Source: Kondoa subrosea
Taxonomy: Eukaryota
Direction: 5' to 3'
Length of the DNA stretch: 64,000 bases
Assembly (NCBI GenBank): GCA_039545335.1
Contig: BCIN01000004.1
Span: forward strand, 1,478,925 to 1,542,924
The position numbers and the translations under genes are program-made. Below are positions 36,862 through 47,312 of the stretch, piece by piece. Each line of letters begins with the position of its first letter. The first letter of the stretch is position 1. The notes under the pieces were generated by a model, which saw only the letters and a list, made by a program, of their open reading frames with translations, was not told the DNA's origin and made no database searches.

Positions 36862-39200
36862 TCAAGCCTGCCTGCGTACGAATCCAGCTGGTCGAGATTG
36901 GACTGCTTTGGCGGATCCGATGGTATGTGAATGGTCCCGGTAAAGCCATTCGGTGAGATCTGCTTTGTATTGTCTCACCATTATTTTCTTTGTATCGAAA
37001 TCGGCAAGACATTGAGCGAAAGCATTAGCTTGAAGCTGTAAGATATGGTGCAAGCCGAGCAAGTCGGTCGTAGGACCCATCAAGGATAGCTAATAGTTTG
37101 CCATTCAGCAACTCGTGAATAATCAAAGGCAGAACAACTGACATAGCTCAAATCAGTCGTCACCAGATCAGTGCCGTGCATGCTGGGGTTGTCAGAGGAC
37201 ACAGTAACAGAAACGCCTCGATCCAATAGAGCCTTGGTCTGGCATCAGAGTCAGCATTGAATTTGTAGCATCCGCTTGTGCATGACTTACAGCACCGATC
37301 CCCGCATGTAATTTCAAGTTGGACAGAGGGGTAAGATCAATGCCTACTCGATTATCCTTCACTTTTTCGACCAGCATCCTGCAAGTCTCATTGTGCGGAG
37401 CTACGATGACAGTCCTGATCGAGGAACAAGCTCAGCAAAACTGCCACCGAGCAAACAATACTTACCCGTGGCAAAGAGTCCATGCACCAAAATGGAGCGA
37501 CCACTTCACATTGTCTATCATTTGTTCTGCAATGGGATTTGACTTTTCATCAGCGCCAACGTGTTGATGGTCGTATTCACCGCAATGAGGACAGAACGGA
37601 TGGGCTTCCCGTTGATAATGTTCGAGGGCTTCCATCCATTTCTGTAAAGAGTCTTTGATCCTGTCCAGCGCCATGTTCTTTTCTGGCACGCCAACAAAGT
37701 CGAAAGGCCCGACATACTTCTTCAGATATCCGAGATTAGTGAGGCGAACCACTTCTTTCAAAAAGGGTCCCATATCGAATCCAGGTACTCCCATAGGGAA
37801 ATTTCGAGCGGTTGTGCTGACGATAGAGGTATCAGTGAGTTGTTGCAGATGATAGGTAAACACTGACAGGATAATCTTCCCTCCGCGAAAGCTATGCTCG
37901 TCTTCCCCAATCACCATTGTACCGTATCGGAAAGCATCAGCGAGATATTTGAGCGAATCTTCATTTGAAAGCATATTGGCGTTCAATTTGGCTCGATCGC
38001 TTGTTAGAGCCTTTTCCCACTTCTGCTCAAAGGCAATGTGATGCTCTCCTACCATACTTTCCTTGAGCTGTTCGTGGGCCTTTCTTCTCTCCGGTCCATA
38101 ATTTCGAGCATCAACGGCCATGTTGCCTCCGTTTTCCGCCAATACTCGACTGCAACTACATGATAGTCAGTTGTATACTCAATCAGATGTGTGCGTAAGA
38201 TGTACCCTCCCATTATGTTCCAGCGGACCTGAATATATGGAATGTGCTCAGCTTTGCAGAGTCTGACAATCTCGGAGCAGCAGAGCTGTAGAATAGGCTC
38301 ATATCCGTATAGCGCGGCCTATACAGTGGAGTAAGCGTCAAGTGTCCAGTAGTACGCAACGTTGAATTACCGTAGCGTTGGTTCGCAGGTCGAAAGCACC
38401 GCAGACCTCGTCAGCCTCATCTGGATACAGAGACTACATAAGCTTGCCAGGTCGACGAGTTTAAACGCACCCACAATGCTCATCAAAATTAAGAACTCTC
38501 ACCAACCAATCTGCTAAGCGTTCGCCATCTGCTAATTTCCCTTTCTTGGTTGCTACCTGCTTCCAGTCAAATGGGCCTACTGCGTCCCCAGTGATCGGTG
38601 TATGCTTGTTCCATTCGAATTTATGTTTGATGCCAACCGGTGCATACCAGAGATAGACCTTATTCTGCTCAGCGATGTGTTCTTTAACATTGGCAACAGT
38701 TTCGGCCAACCAGCGAAGCGGGCATATCGCATAAAGATGAATGTGAGAAAGTATGCCTTTTGGCATGTCGAGCATCATCTTGTGAATATGAGACCTTGGA
38801 AGTGTGCCATCGCCCGCCACCGCTCGAATAACTGGTTGGATTGAGTAACGACTAGCCGATAGACATAAAAAGCCTCACTTTGGGTGAACCGATTGGGATC
38901 ATTTGGACCGTTCAGAACAGCAGCCCGATCCTTCCTATCAGCAGTTCGATGATCCATGAAGAGTTTATCGACATATGCGATGCGATTCTCGAGCTCGGTA
39001 TGTATTCCTTTGACTGCTTTTGATACTGTGCATCTTAGGTAAGAGAAAAGGAATTATACAGCATTCTGGGAAAGAGACTGACTATGATCGACCTCTTGCA
39101 TGCGTCGTACATGATGTTCGCTCTTATAGGCTGACAAGTCGAGATGCCCTTTCAAAGAGCCGAACTCAGAACCATGAGTATGGGTATCAGCAGAAGTCAT
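36862..39200 (-). CDS. Divergent adenosine deaminase-like amidohydrolase (ADA2/ADGF-related); 5' exons uncertain
   Basis: MPKGILSHIH (compare ADGF MPKG..LHxH), FDFVG, HCGE, LCHG, IDLTPLSNLKL, GVSVTVSSDNP. Confidence 0.7.
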
Positions 39201-40119
39201 TATGATATTTGGTATGTAATGAGTAGATGATGGTAGAGAAGAGAGAAAGAAGAGTCAAAAAGACAGCTCTAAATAGCCGGGAAGGAATCTGTGGGGGCGT
39301 TCATTTGGAAATTTCAAAGGGAGATAGTGAGAGGTCAAGCTGAATTTCATACTTATAGCAACGACTTCAACAGTACCTTGTTTGCACGGATCAGCACATT
39401 CTGATTATCTAATTTTGAGCAGGGAATGATGAAGTGGGATAAAGTCTATATGATCAGAATGTTGTTCATCGGAAGGTTACTTTGAAGAGACTATCTTTGA
39501 GTATTGTCTGGCAGTATTGCTGAGATGGGTAGCTTAGGAGAGCTCCGCAAGTGTAGATTGATATTAGAAGTGACTCCTCTTCAAGAAGACAAAGGCAGAT
39601 CCGAAGAGTAGAAGAATCAATCTTCTGACAACTCAGTGGCATGTAGGAAACGACATGTCACTTGCCATAGCAGTATGAGATTGGCGAGTGAACACAGACG
39701 AGACAGAGCAATTGCTACACTTGCGCTCAGCTTCCAGCGAGCTTCCATATATAGATGCCTGGTCAAAGCCTTTTACGACAGTGGTTGAACACTTTTGCAG
39801 GCTAGAGAGCACTGTTATGAATGAGCTGTATTTCTGTCGGTGCTCCAGCGCAACAAGCACGCCGAGTATACATGACGAGATTGCATTTGACAATGTCAAC
39901 TTCTTGTATTGCAACCACTTCCACTGGTCTCTCAGCGCTCTGGTATAAGACGAGCGAGATATCACAGCAGTCGTGTATATCCTGCAAAGATCCTGATATC
40001 GTACAACTCCGTGGTTTCGGACAAGCTGTGCGAGTTCGTGAGCTCAAAAGTCCGCTCACTCTGGAGCCGCAATCTATCCTCTCTTTGCACTACAAGTCTC
40101 ATGATTCTGAGTCCACATT

Positions 40120-42834
40120 ATGGTGGAAGCGTCTTGTGAATACTGCCAGAAGAAGTTTTCGAACAAGGCAAGTCCACGAGCACTTGTCTGACATTCCAAG
40201 GACAGTACTGATTCATGCAACAGGAACATCTCGCAAGGCATGTAAGATCACATACTGGTCAGCAGCCCTTTGCATGTAGCTTGTGGTCAGTCTCTTCAAG
40301 AACAGGCAGCTATATGCTTGGCGCTAATGCGTACACAGCGGTCGAGCTTTCTCTCGTCGAGATTCACTTCAGCGTCATGAACGTCGTCAAAAGATCAGCC
40401 CAGACGGAGTCAAACGCTGTCCAACCGGCACTCCTGCAACCACTCGAATTGCTCCAGCTCCTTCTACACCTGCAACACTTCCGCTGCCTCCACTGGTACC
40501 TTCTCTTGCTCAATCGAATCCCATACACATGCTTTCTGCAGCTGCATCTTATCAGAGTACAGCAATAGATCCCTCTCTTTGGCCTGAACAGCCTGTAGCC
40601 TCGACTTCCATGCTGGTTGATGACCCTTCTCCCCCGCATTTTGCTTTGGTAGAAGATTCTTTCCCTCACTTCATAGAGCCCGATCGTACAAGCACAGCAG
40701 AATACAACGGATTTGATCTCGACAGTTGGCTTGACCCAGCTTGCTTCCAGCAAGCATACGATGAAATCAACAACTTACCTCGTGGATATCTGGAACAACA
40801 AGTCCCAATGTTTGACTTTACCTATTCCACGCCCTTAGATCCCCCTGCTTTAGTACAAGCTTTGCCTATGTCCAACAATAGTTCCGCGCCAGAGATCCTA
40901 CCTATGGCCGAAGACAAGTGTAAGCAATTGCGCGAAGCGATGGAAGCTGGAACGAGCATGACAGAGCCAAGAGTGGAAATAGAGTCTAGCGCCGATTTTT
41001 CCAACGTGACTGCAAATTTGGATCTGTCGAAGGTGCGTACACTTTTAGCTTTGTGACCCCAAAGCCTGAGGACAAGAGCAGTTGCATACTCGCTCTCGAC
41101 CTGGAGATGTTCTGGGCGTTCTAGGTGGCTCTTTTGACTTTATTGATCAATGCGTGTGAGTTTTTTTCTGTCACTATTTTTCTCCGCTGAAAGTCCCTCA
41201 GTTCTGCTTTCTTTCGAGACTATCATCCTCCTTTGCCGCTCTTGCACGCGCCTACCTTCAGACGGCCCGAATGTCCCCCTCTACTTTTGCTGGCTATTGT
41301 CGCAGTCGGGTCAATCTTCATAGGAACAAGTCAGTCAAGTCAAGTCATAAATGCTGCATCAAGTTGATACAATGTGTCACAGAGGATGCATTCCTCAAAG
41401 GTCAATCCATCTACAGAAGATTGAACAAAGTTCTTCTGAATACTTGGGACACTCGGATGGCTCGTAACGCATCAGAAGCTATCGTCATCACACAAACAGG
41501 CAGGTGAGATAGAATATGCAGTATATCTCCTTACGTGAACCGAACTTTTGATGCTGCTTTAGATTACTCCAAAGCTTCGGCTATATGTCTGATTCAGCGC
41601 AAGATCGCCTGACTGCCATCACTTTCCAGTTCGTCTTGTTTTCTTACAAGCGACGCTCTATCTGAGCTTCCGTTCGACAGCTCTACTGTCATCAGCTGGA
41701 TGTCGCAAAACCTCCTCACTTCTAGTACTGATTCGATCACCGATGACTTCGCACAATTGTCTGGCAAACTTCGAGCGCTGGATGATGCAGGATTGGATCA
41801 AGCTTGGAGAGCCTGGGCGAAAGCTGAATCGGAAAGAAGGTGCGTTTGCGCTGCCTTACCTATTTGATCAAGCTTAAGAGCATAATAGAACCACAGCTAG
41901 TCTGATCATTCATGATGCTGTAATGCAAGATCGCTCTACGCATACTTTCTTGCTGCAAATCGGTCATGCCACTCATATCTGCTCTGATGCTATTTACGAT
42001 GCTCCATCGGCTATGATATGGCGTGAATCTTTCCTGGACGAGAAAACTCGCGAAGCCCCTTGCGCTTTCAGAAGCTACCTGAAGATTTCTCTTGCTGCAA
42101 TACATTTACGATTGGCTCTTGCGATTCCATCTTCACCTGTTAGAGATATTCTCGCTCTACAATCAGAAGGAGAACTCTACGATCATCTACAATCAGAAAT
42201 CCAGCAGACTGGCGATGTTCGCAATAATACTAGCATCGAGGTCATGATCCACTATCAACTGCTTGAATCCAAAGTCGACTGTATCATGTGAGTCATCATG
42301 AAACTGTCATTGCGAACTTTATAATTCTGCTGTAGCTTGCAGCAAGTTTGTGGATATCATGGAGCTGTATTAGCAGAACGCTCAACCTTATGGCTTCGAG
42401 ATTGGGTTCACACTCAAAACGCAAGGGAATGTCTTTTTGAAGCTGGCCGAATTCTATCTATCTGTGGAGATCGTTTGGTTCAACATCAACGCGGTCTTCA
42501 CATGTCCAGAGCACTCTACTTTGCAACTCTAGTCTGTTTAGTTCACCTCGCTCTAGTTCAACAACCTTCAAGTGCCGTTCCGATAGACATTTCTACTTTA
42601 CGAAAACCTTCAGCAAGTCAAGAACCACTTCATCCTCTTCATTCCTACATCACAGGTTCTCAAGCTGGTCGACCTTTCCTTCCACATTTCTTTGACGGCG
42701 AGAATCAAGCAGAAGATGTGAAACGCTTGCTCAAAACTTCGACCGCTTTGATGGAACGTCTAACACCATATCGACTTTCAGCTCATTATGCTAAAATACT
42801 CAAAGCACTCAGCGAGGTCATCTTCTCTTCTTGA
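40120..42834 (+). CDS. C2H2 zinc-finger transcription factor with a fungal-specific TF domain
   Basis: [88 protein letters not shown]. Confidence 0.88.
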
Positions 42835-43365
42835 AGCGTAGCTGTAGGCTGTCGATTCTGGAACAAAGAAGGTGCATTCAAGATCAGTATCAATGTGCAT
42901 ACACTAGCTCACAAGGCTCTCTATAGTTCTTAGAAACAGCCCACGATATCACGGACGAATCTTTGGGATTACAAAATGCATTGCTCACACTAATGTGAGT
43001 TCTTGTTATTGCGTTTCGGAACGGCGACGCAATGGCTCATTGTTATACTCCTGTGAACAGTGAATACAGCCTTTGTCTGCAGATTCTGCAGTTGACGAGA
43101 TCACCGACGAAGCGGATTCTCGTTCGAATCAAGCTCCTTTACTGATTGATAGGGAGATAGAATACTGCTGTCGCTCAACTGTGCAGATGTAGCCTTGTCA
43201 TACTTAAATCGATTCGAGCGAAAGCATCCCGAAATAGATCCTCGCTCTCTTGTTCCGCAAACGTGACCTTGATGCTCATTGTGTCATATTGTAAGATGCA
43301 AGCGCAGTGCCTACTGTAACCTGCCATCCGCGGGGAATGCACTTATAGTCAAGTAATCCACTGCA

Positions 43366-44171
43366 ATGGCAAGCCTACCCTGCAGATCTATCAACGAGTC
43401 AGCACCAAAGACCATTTTACTGTTACATGGAGGCAATTCAAGCTCTGAGAATGGAATCAAGTTGCTCAACACCTCTCAGGGTATCATCTTCTTCTTCCAG
43501 ATTTGCATCATTCACCCGAATTAGTCGACACTTGGTCTTTCGCTGTATTAGCTCCTTTGCTTGCTTCCATCATTACTTGTCAAGCACATGAAAGTCAAGT
43601 AGATCTAGTTGGGTTCTCCGCTGGGGGTTATCTAGCCGTTTATCTCGCTTCCCATTATCCTAATCTCATCAAAAACATCTTTCTAAGTGGTTGCCATACT
43701 TCATCTCATCAAGGTCCATCTTCAGGAATAGCATCTGGAATCGAAAGTTCTGTTTCAAGCTTATTACCTAAATGGCTCTACCTTTATGTGGTGTCAAAAA
43801 TCGCTAAGCAAATCAATGGGGAAGAATTATATCGACAAATGCATAATAATGGGAATCTTCCATTAAAAGCTGGAGGAGTTTTTCAAAGATCAAGAGCTAT
43901 TTCAACTGCTATAGGAACAGAAGTTTCACAAACCGTTTTTGAGCGAGTTACAAATCGAACGCTTTTAGTAGCAGGAGGCAATGAGTTTCGGTTGGATAGA
44001 ATGAAGATCAATTTAAGTTGGTTGAAGAAGGTTAATAGTGAAAGTAGAGGATATATCGTACCTAATCAACCTCATCCTTGGAGTCAATCCGATCCTGCTC
44101 TCTTTGCACAAGGAATCATTGCTTGGTTCGAGAAAACACAATTACCAGCTCAGTATGAAGAGGTGAATTAG
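43366..44171 (+). pseudogene. Intronless alpha/beta-hydrolase with a 1-nt frameshift near 43447 (pseudogene or assembly error)
   Basis: ATG 43366 gives ...TILLLHGGNSSS. The continuation EWNQVAQHLSGYHLLLPDL...VGFSAGG...LVAGG...HPW is in the -1 frame, with no room for an intron. Confidence 0.7.
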
Positions 44172-44368
44172 TTGTACAGGCAAGGACTAGGATGCTTTGA
44201 AGGGGTCGCTGCTGTGATGCTTTATATTGTGTGGACTTAGTTTCCTTCTGTGCTATTGCGCAGACTTGATGAAAGGAAATTGGTACTGCAATAGAGTCAT
44301 AGACCGATTGCTTCAGTTGCCTGCAAACAAAGATCAAATGAAATTGTCTCTTGTCTCGTTACTTCGAG

Positions 44369-45255
44369 ATGGGCAACAAATTAAGCAGATCCAAGGCTGC
44401 AACAGGGCCAGTGTCTTCTTCAGCAGCTCGTCCACCACCTCCTTCTGCTCGTCCTCAAGCAGCAGCAATACCCAAAGCATCAACGAGTCAACAAGCTCCG
44501 CATACGAGCACGAATCCTTTAGATGGTCGTGATCCACATTTGGCTGCTAATCTTCAGCAATTAGGTCAAGTAAAGATTAACAAGCAATCCACAAATTATA
44601 GACCTGTTCGTCTACCATTCGACCGCTTTGTCTGTTAATCTGAATGACATGTGTGGTTTGCATGAATTAGACGGATCAAATGCTTGGAATCTTAGCGCAA
44701 AGATCTCATCAAGAAAACTCTTCATCCATGTCATCACCAGCAGCAGCTCATAATAAACTTACAGCAGGTCAATTAGCCAATTTGCTAGATTCAAGAAAAG
44801 AAGCCAAATCGGATAAAGAAGTAAAAGAGTTGGCTAAACTTTATGGAGTGGATTATGAATTGGTGGAAAGTTTGGCAAAATACGTTACTTCTCCTAGTGT
44901 GGAAACGAAACAAGCTATTGGTCCGGAAGGTGTAAGAGATGATGTGATGAACGTGAGCTCTCTGGTACTGCTTGTTCTTCTTCTTCTTCTCCCTCTTGCT
45001 ATCTTGCTTGATGTCGTGCTTCTGTTTTGCCTGGATTCTTTAATTCTCGGTCGGCGTGATAAGCAGAATTTCATTCTGTTCATCAGTCGTATGCATCCCT
45101 TTTCTGTTCTTTACCTCGTCGAGGGTGATACAGAACGAAGACTTCTGCCCTCCTATTCTTCGTCACTAATCCGCGGAATGATTATGCTGATCAAATCATC
45201 TCGTTTTTGACAGGCGAGATGGATAGATCGATCAAAAGATGTATCAGCAGCATGA
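44369..45255 (+). CDS. Conserved-looking small fungal protein with an MG N-terminus, possibly NDUFAF4-like; last intron about 260 nt
   Basis: MGNKLSRSK..., DGRDPHLAANLQQLGQV, LTAGQLANLLD..LAKLYGVDYELVESLAKYVTSP; final short exon ARWIDRSKDVSAA*. Confidence 0.65.
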
Positions 45256-45421
45256 TAAGATAAATAGAATCACTTGTAAAATAGCTTAGCATGCAATTGC
45301 ATCCTTTACCCAAATTTCTTTGAATGACACTCACTCTCTTAACATCGACCATCTAGAATTTTGTATAACAACTCGCGCCTCTGCTACTTGCTCTAGTACC
45401 ACTTAGCATCGAAACCAAATC

Positions 45422-47049
45422 ATGAATAGCTCAACTACTCCAATTGCCTCTTCCTCTTCTTCCTCAAGTGTAGTCAATCAAGCGAATGGTGTTCATAATG
45501 AAATCAACGGCCACATCACACCACAGCAGCAGCAAGAAGAGTATGCAGTCAATAGCCATTCACAACAACAGGATGAAGCAGGGACAACAGCAGCTCAAGC
45601 TGATTTCCAGCATGATTTCGAAATAACTTCACATTTGGTGCGTTTCCTTCAAATTGTCTGTACTTTATCGGTACACAGTCTGAGTAGGGTGTCTGTTACT
45701 AGTATTCCTCTGGATTCTCTGGAGCAGAATGGGCTGATTGCAGAGTTGAAGCACATTTTGGTAGCAGTGAGTTCTAGAGATTATCAATGTCCGGCGTAAG
45801 GATGCTTATAGACCGCTACTTTCCTCCAAAAGCAATACGAGTCCGTTCTATACGATAAAGTGGTTTCCAGGACAAACCAACTGATGCGGATTTACAGGTC
45901 TACGGTCTTCACAAACTCATCCTTGCAAGGTAGGTCAATCCATTTTACAATGGACGGCCGCATATTGATCAGTGGAATCAGATCACCAACGCTCGCTCAC
46001 TACATGCGCATGAGTCCTGGTCCAGATCTAGTTCTCATGATTAATGACGCGAACATCACTGAAGGTACATTAGTTGTTCGCTTTGCATAATATGATGCTA
46101 AGCTGGCTATCAATAATGTCAGACGCATTCTGCACGGCTGTTGGATACCTGTATTCGTCAATAGCAAGACAACGGCTCGTACATGACAATGCGCGGTCAG
46201 TATTAGCAGCAGCTACCTTCTTAGGCCTGGAAGGTGAGTCTACTATTACTGACAAGATGCAACCAGCTCACGTAAGTGCTCAGATCTGGCCTCCTTAGCA
46301 TTCGACCTTTGTCGGACATTGATCTACAATCTGGTTCAGCCTGCCGAAATCGCAGATTGGCTCTCTTTCCTAGAAACAACGACGCCAAGTAATTCTAATC
46401 ATTACCAACAACAGTCATCTTCCTCTTCTTCTTCTTCTTCTCCAGCTGAAACTCAACTGTTGTATGGCGCAGCAGCTTATCACTTGCGATTACAACTCTT
46501 ACATTACTTAACATCAACTTTACCTACCCTCTTAGCAGCTTTCGGTTCTTCTTCCTCTTCTCAAACACCTCCGTCTTCTCATCAACCAGCTTTAAACGGT
46601 GGAATGAATTATCAACCTACTTCTACTTCTACTTCTTCATCGTCTAACCCAAATTCTTCTTCCTCAACTATTGCAACAACAAGTAGTAACAACAATGGTC
46701 AACAAGCTTTGATTCAAGTTTATGCTGTTTTACCTTTCAATGTCTTCAAAAGCGTTATTGAGAGTGCAGATTTCCCACCTGGCGATATGGAACGTGTGCG
46801 TTTGCATTTTTCTTTGCATGTGTTGAAAGAGTTCCGATAGTTGACGAGATTATTTAGTTCTCATTCGCTAAAAGATGCATTAATGAACGTAAAAGAAGAA
46901 GAGGTAAAGAAGGAGCACAGCAAAGTTTGGAAACTGCAGTTTTGGCTTTTGGTGGTCCAGGAAGCAGTAGCTCAAACGCTGGAACTTCAAACGTTCAAGT
47001 AGTCAGTCGACCAAAGAAGAATAGCAAATTATGGAAAGTCGAGGGCTAG
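45422..47049 (+). CDS. BTB/POZ-domain protein
   Basis: HLYSSGFSGAEWADC, YGLHKLILARSPTL, DANITEDAFCTAVGYLY, SVLAAATFLGL; LPFNVFKSVIES...RFSFAKRC...LWKVEG*. Confidence 0.8.
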
Positions 47050-47312
47050 TTCAGTCATAACAAGTAGATCTGAAAAACTTTATCTCACATGCATGCATTT
47101 TTGGAAATTACTTTTCTCGTTCGAATTGCAACTCAAAAACTATAACGACAATAATATCTATGTTTGGGTACTTGTTTTGCTAAAAGATCTATGCTGAAAA
47201 TGCCAAACACAACTCGATGAGAAAATGAAGTACAAGAAGAAAGAGGTGAAACGAGAAACGATTTTCTTGGGGAATTTGGGTACTGGCATTGAGACTTGAT
47301 CACCAAGGGAAA

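Noticed and set aside
39390..39525. Box C/D snoRNA or MITE (ATGATGA...CTGA; 10-bp inverted repeat ACATTCTGAT/ATCAGAATGT)
   Set aside because: No terminal stem, recognisable rRNA antisense element or target-site duplication; compatible with chance.
39633..40100. Extra gene or Zn2Cys6 domain upstream of the C2H2 factor
   Set aside because: The overlapping short ORFs give no coherent spliced product and no CX2CX6C pattern.
43090..43140. tRNA-like GTTCGAATC motif
   Set aside because: No acceptor, D or anticodon stems can be formed around it.
46400..46700. TCT/CAA-type microsatellite-like runs (also at about 6720-6750 and 34850-34870)
   Set aside because: They encode poly-Ser, poly-Gly or poly-Gln tracts within proteins and are not independent repeats or arrays.
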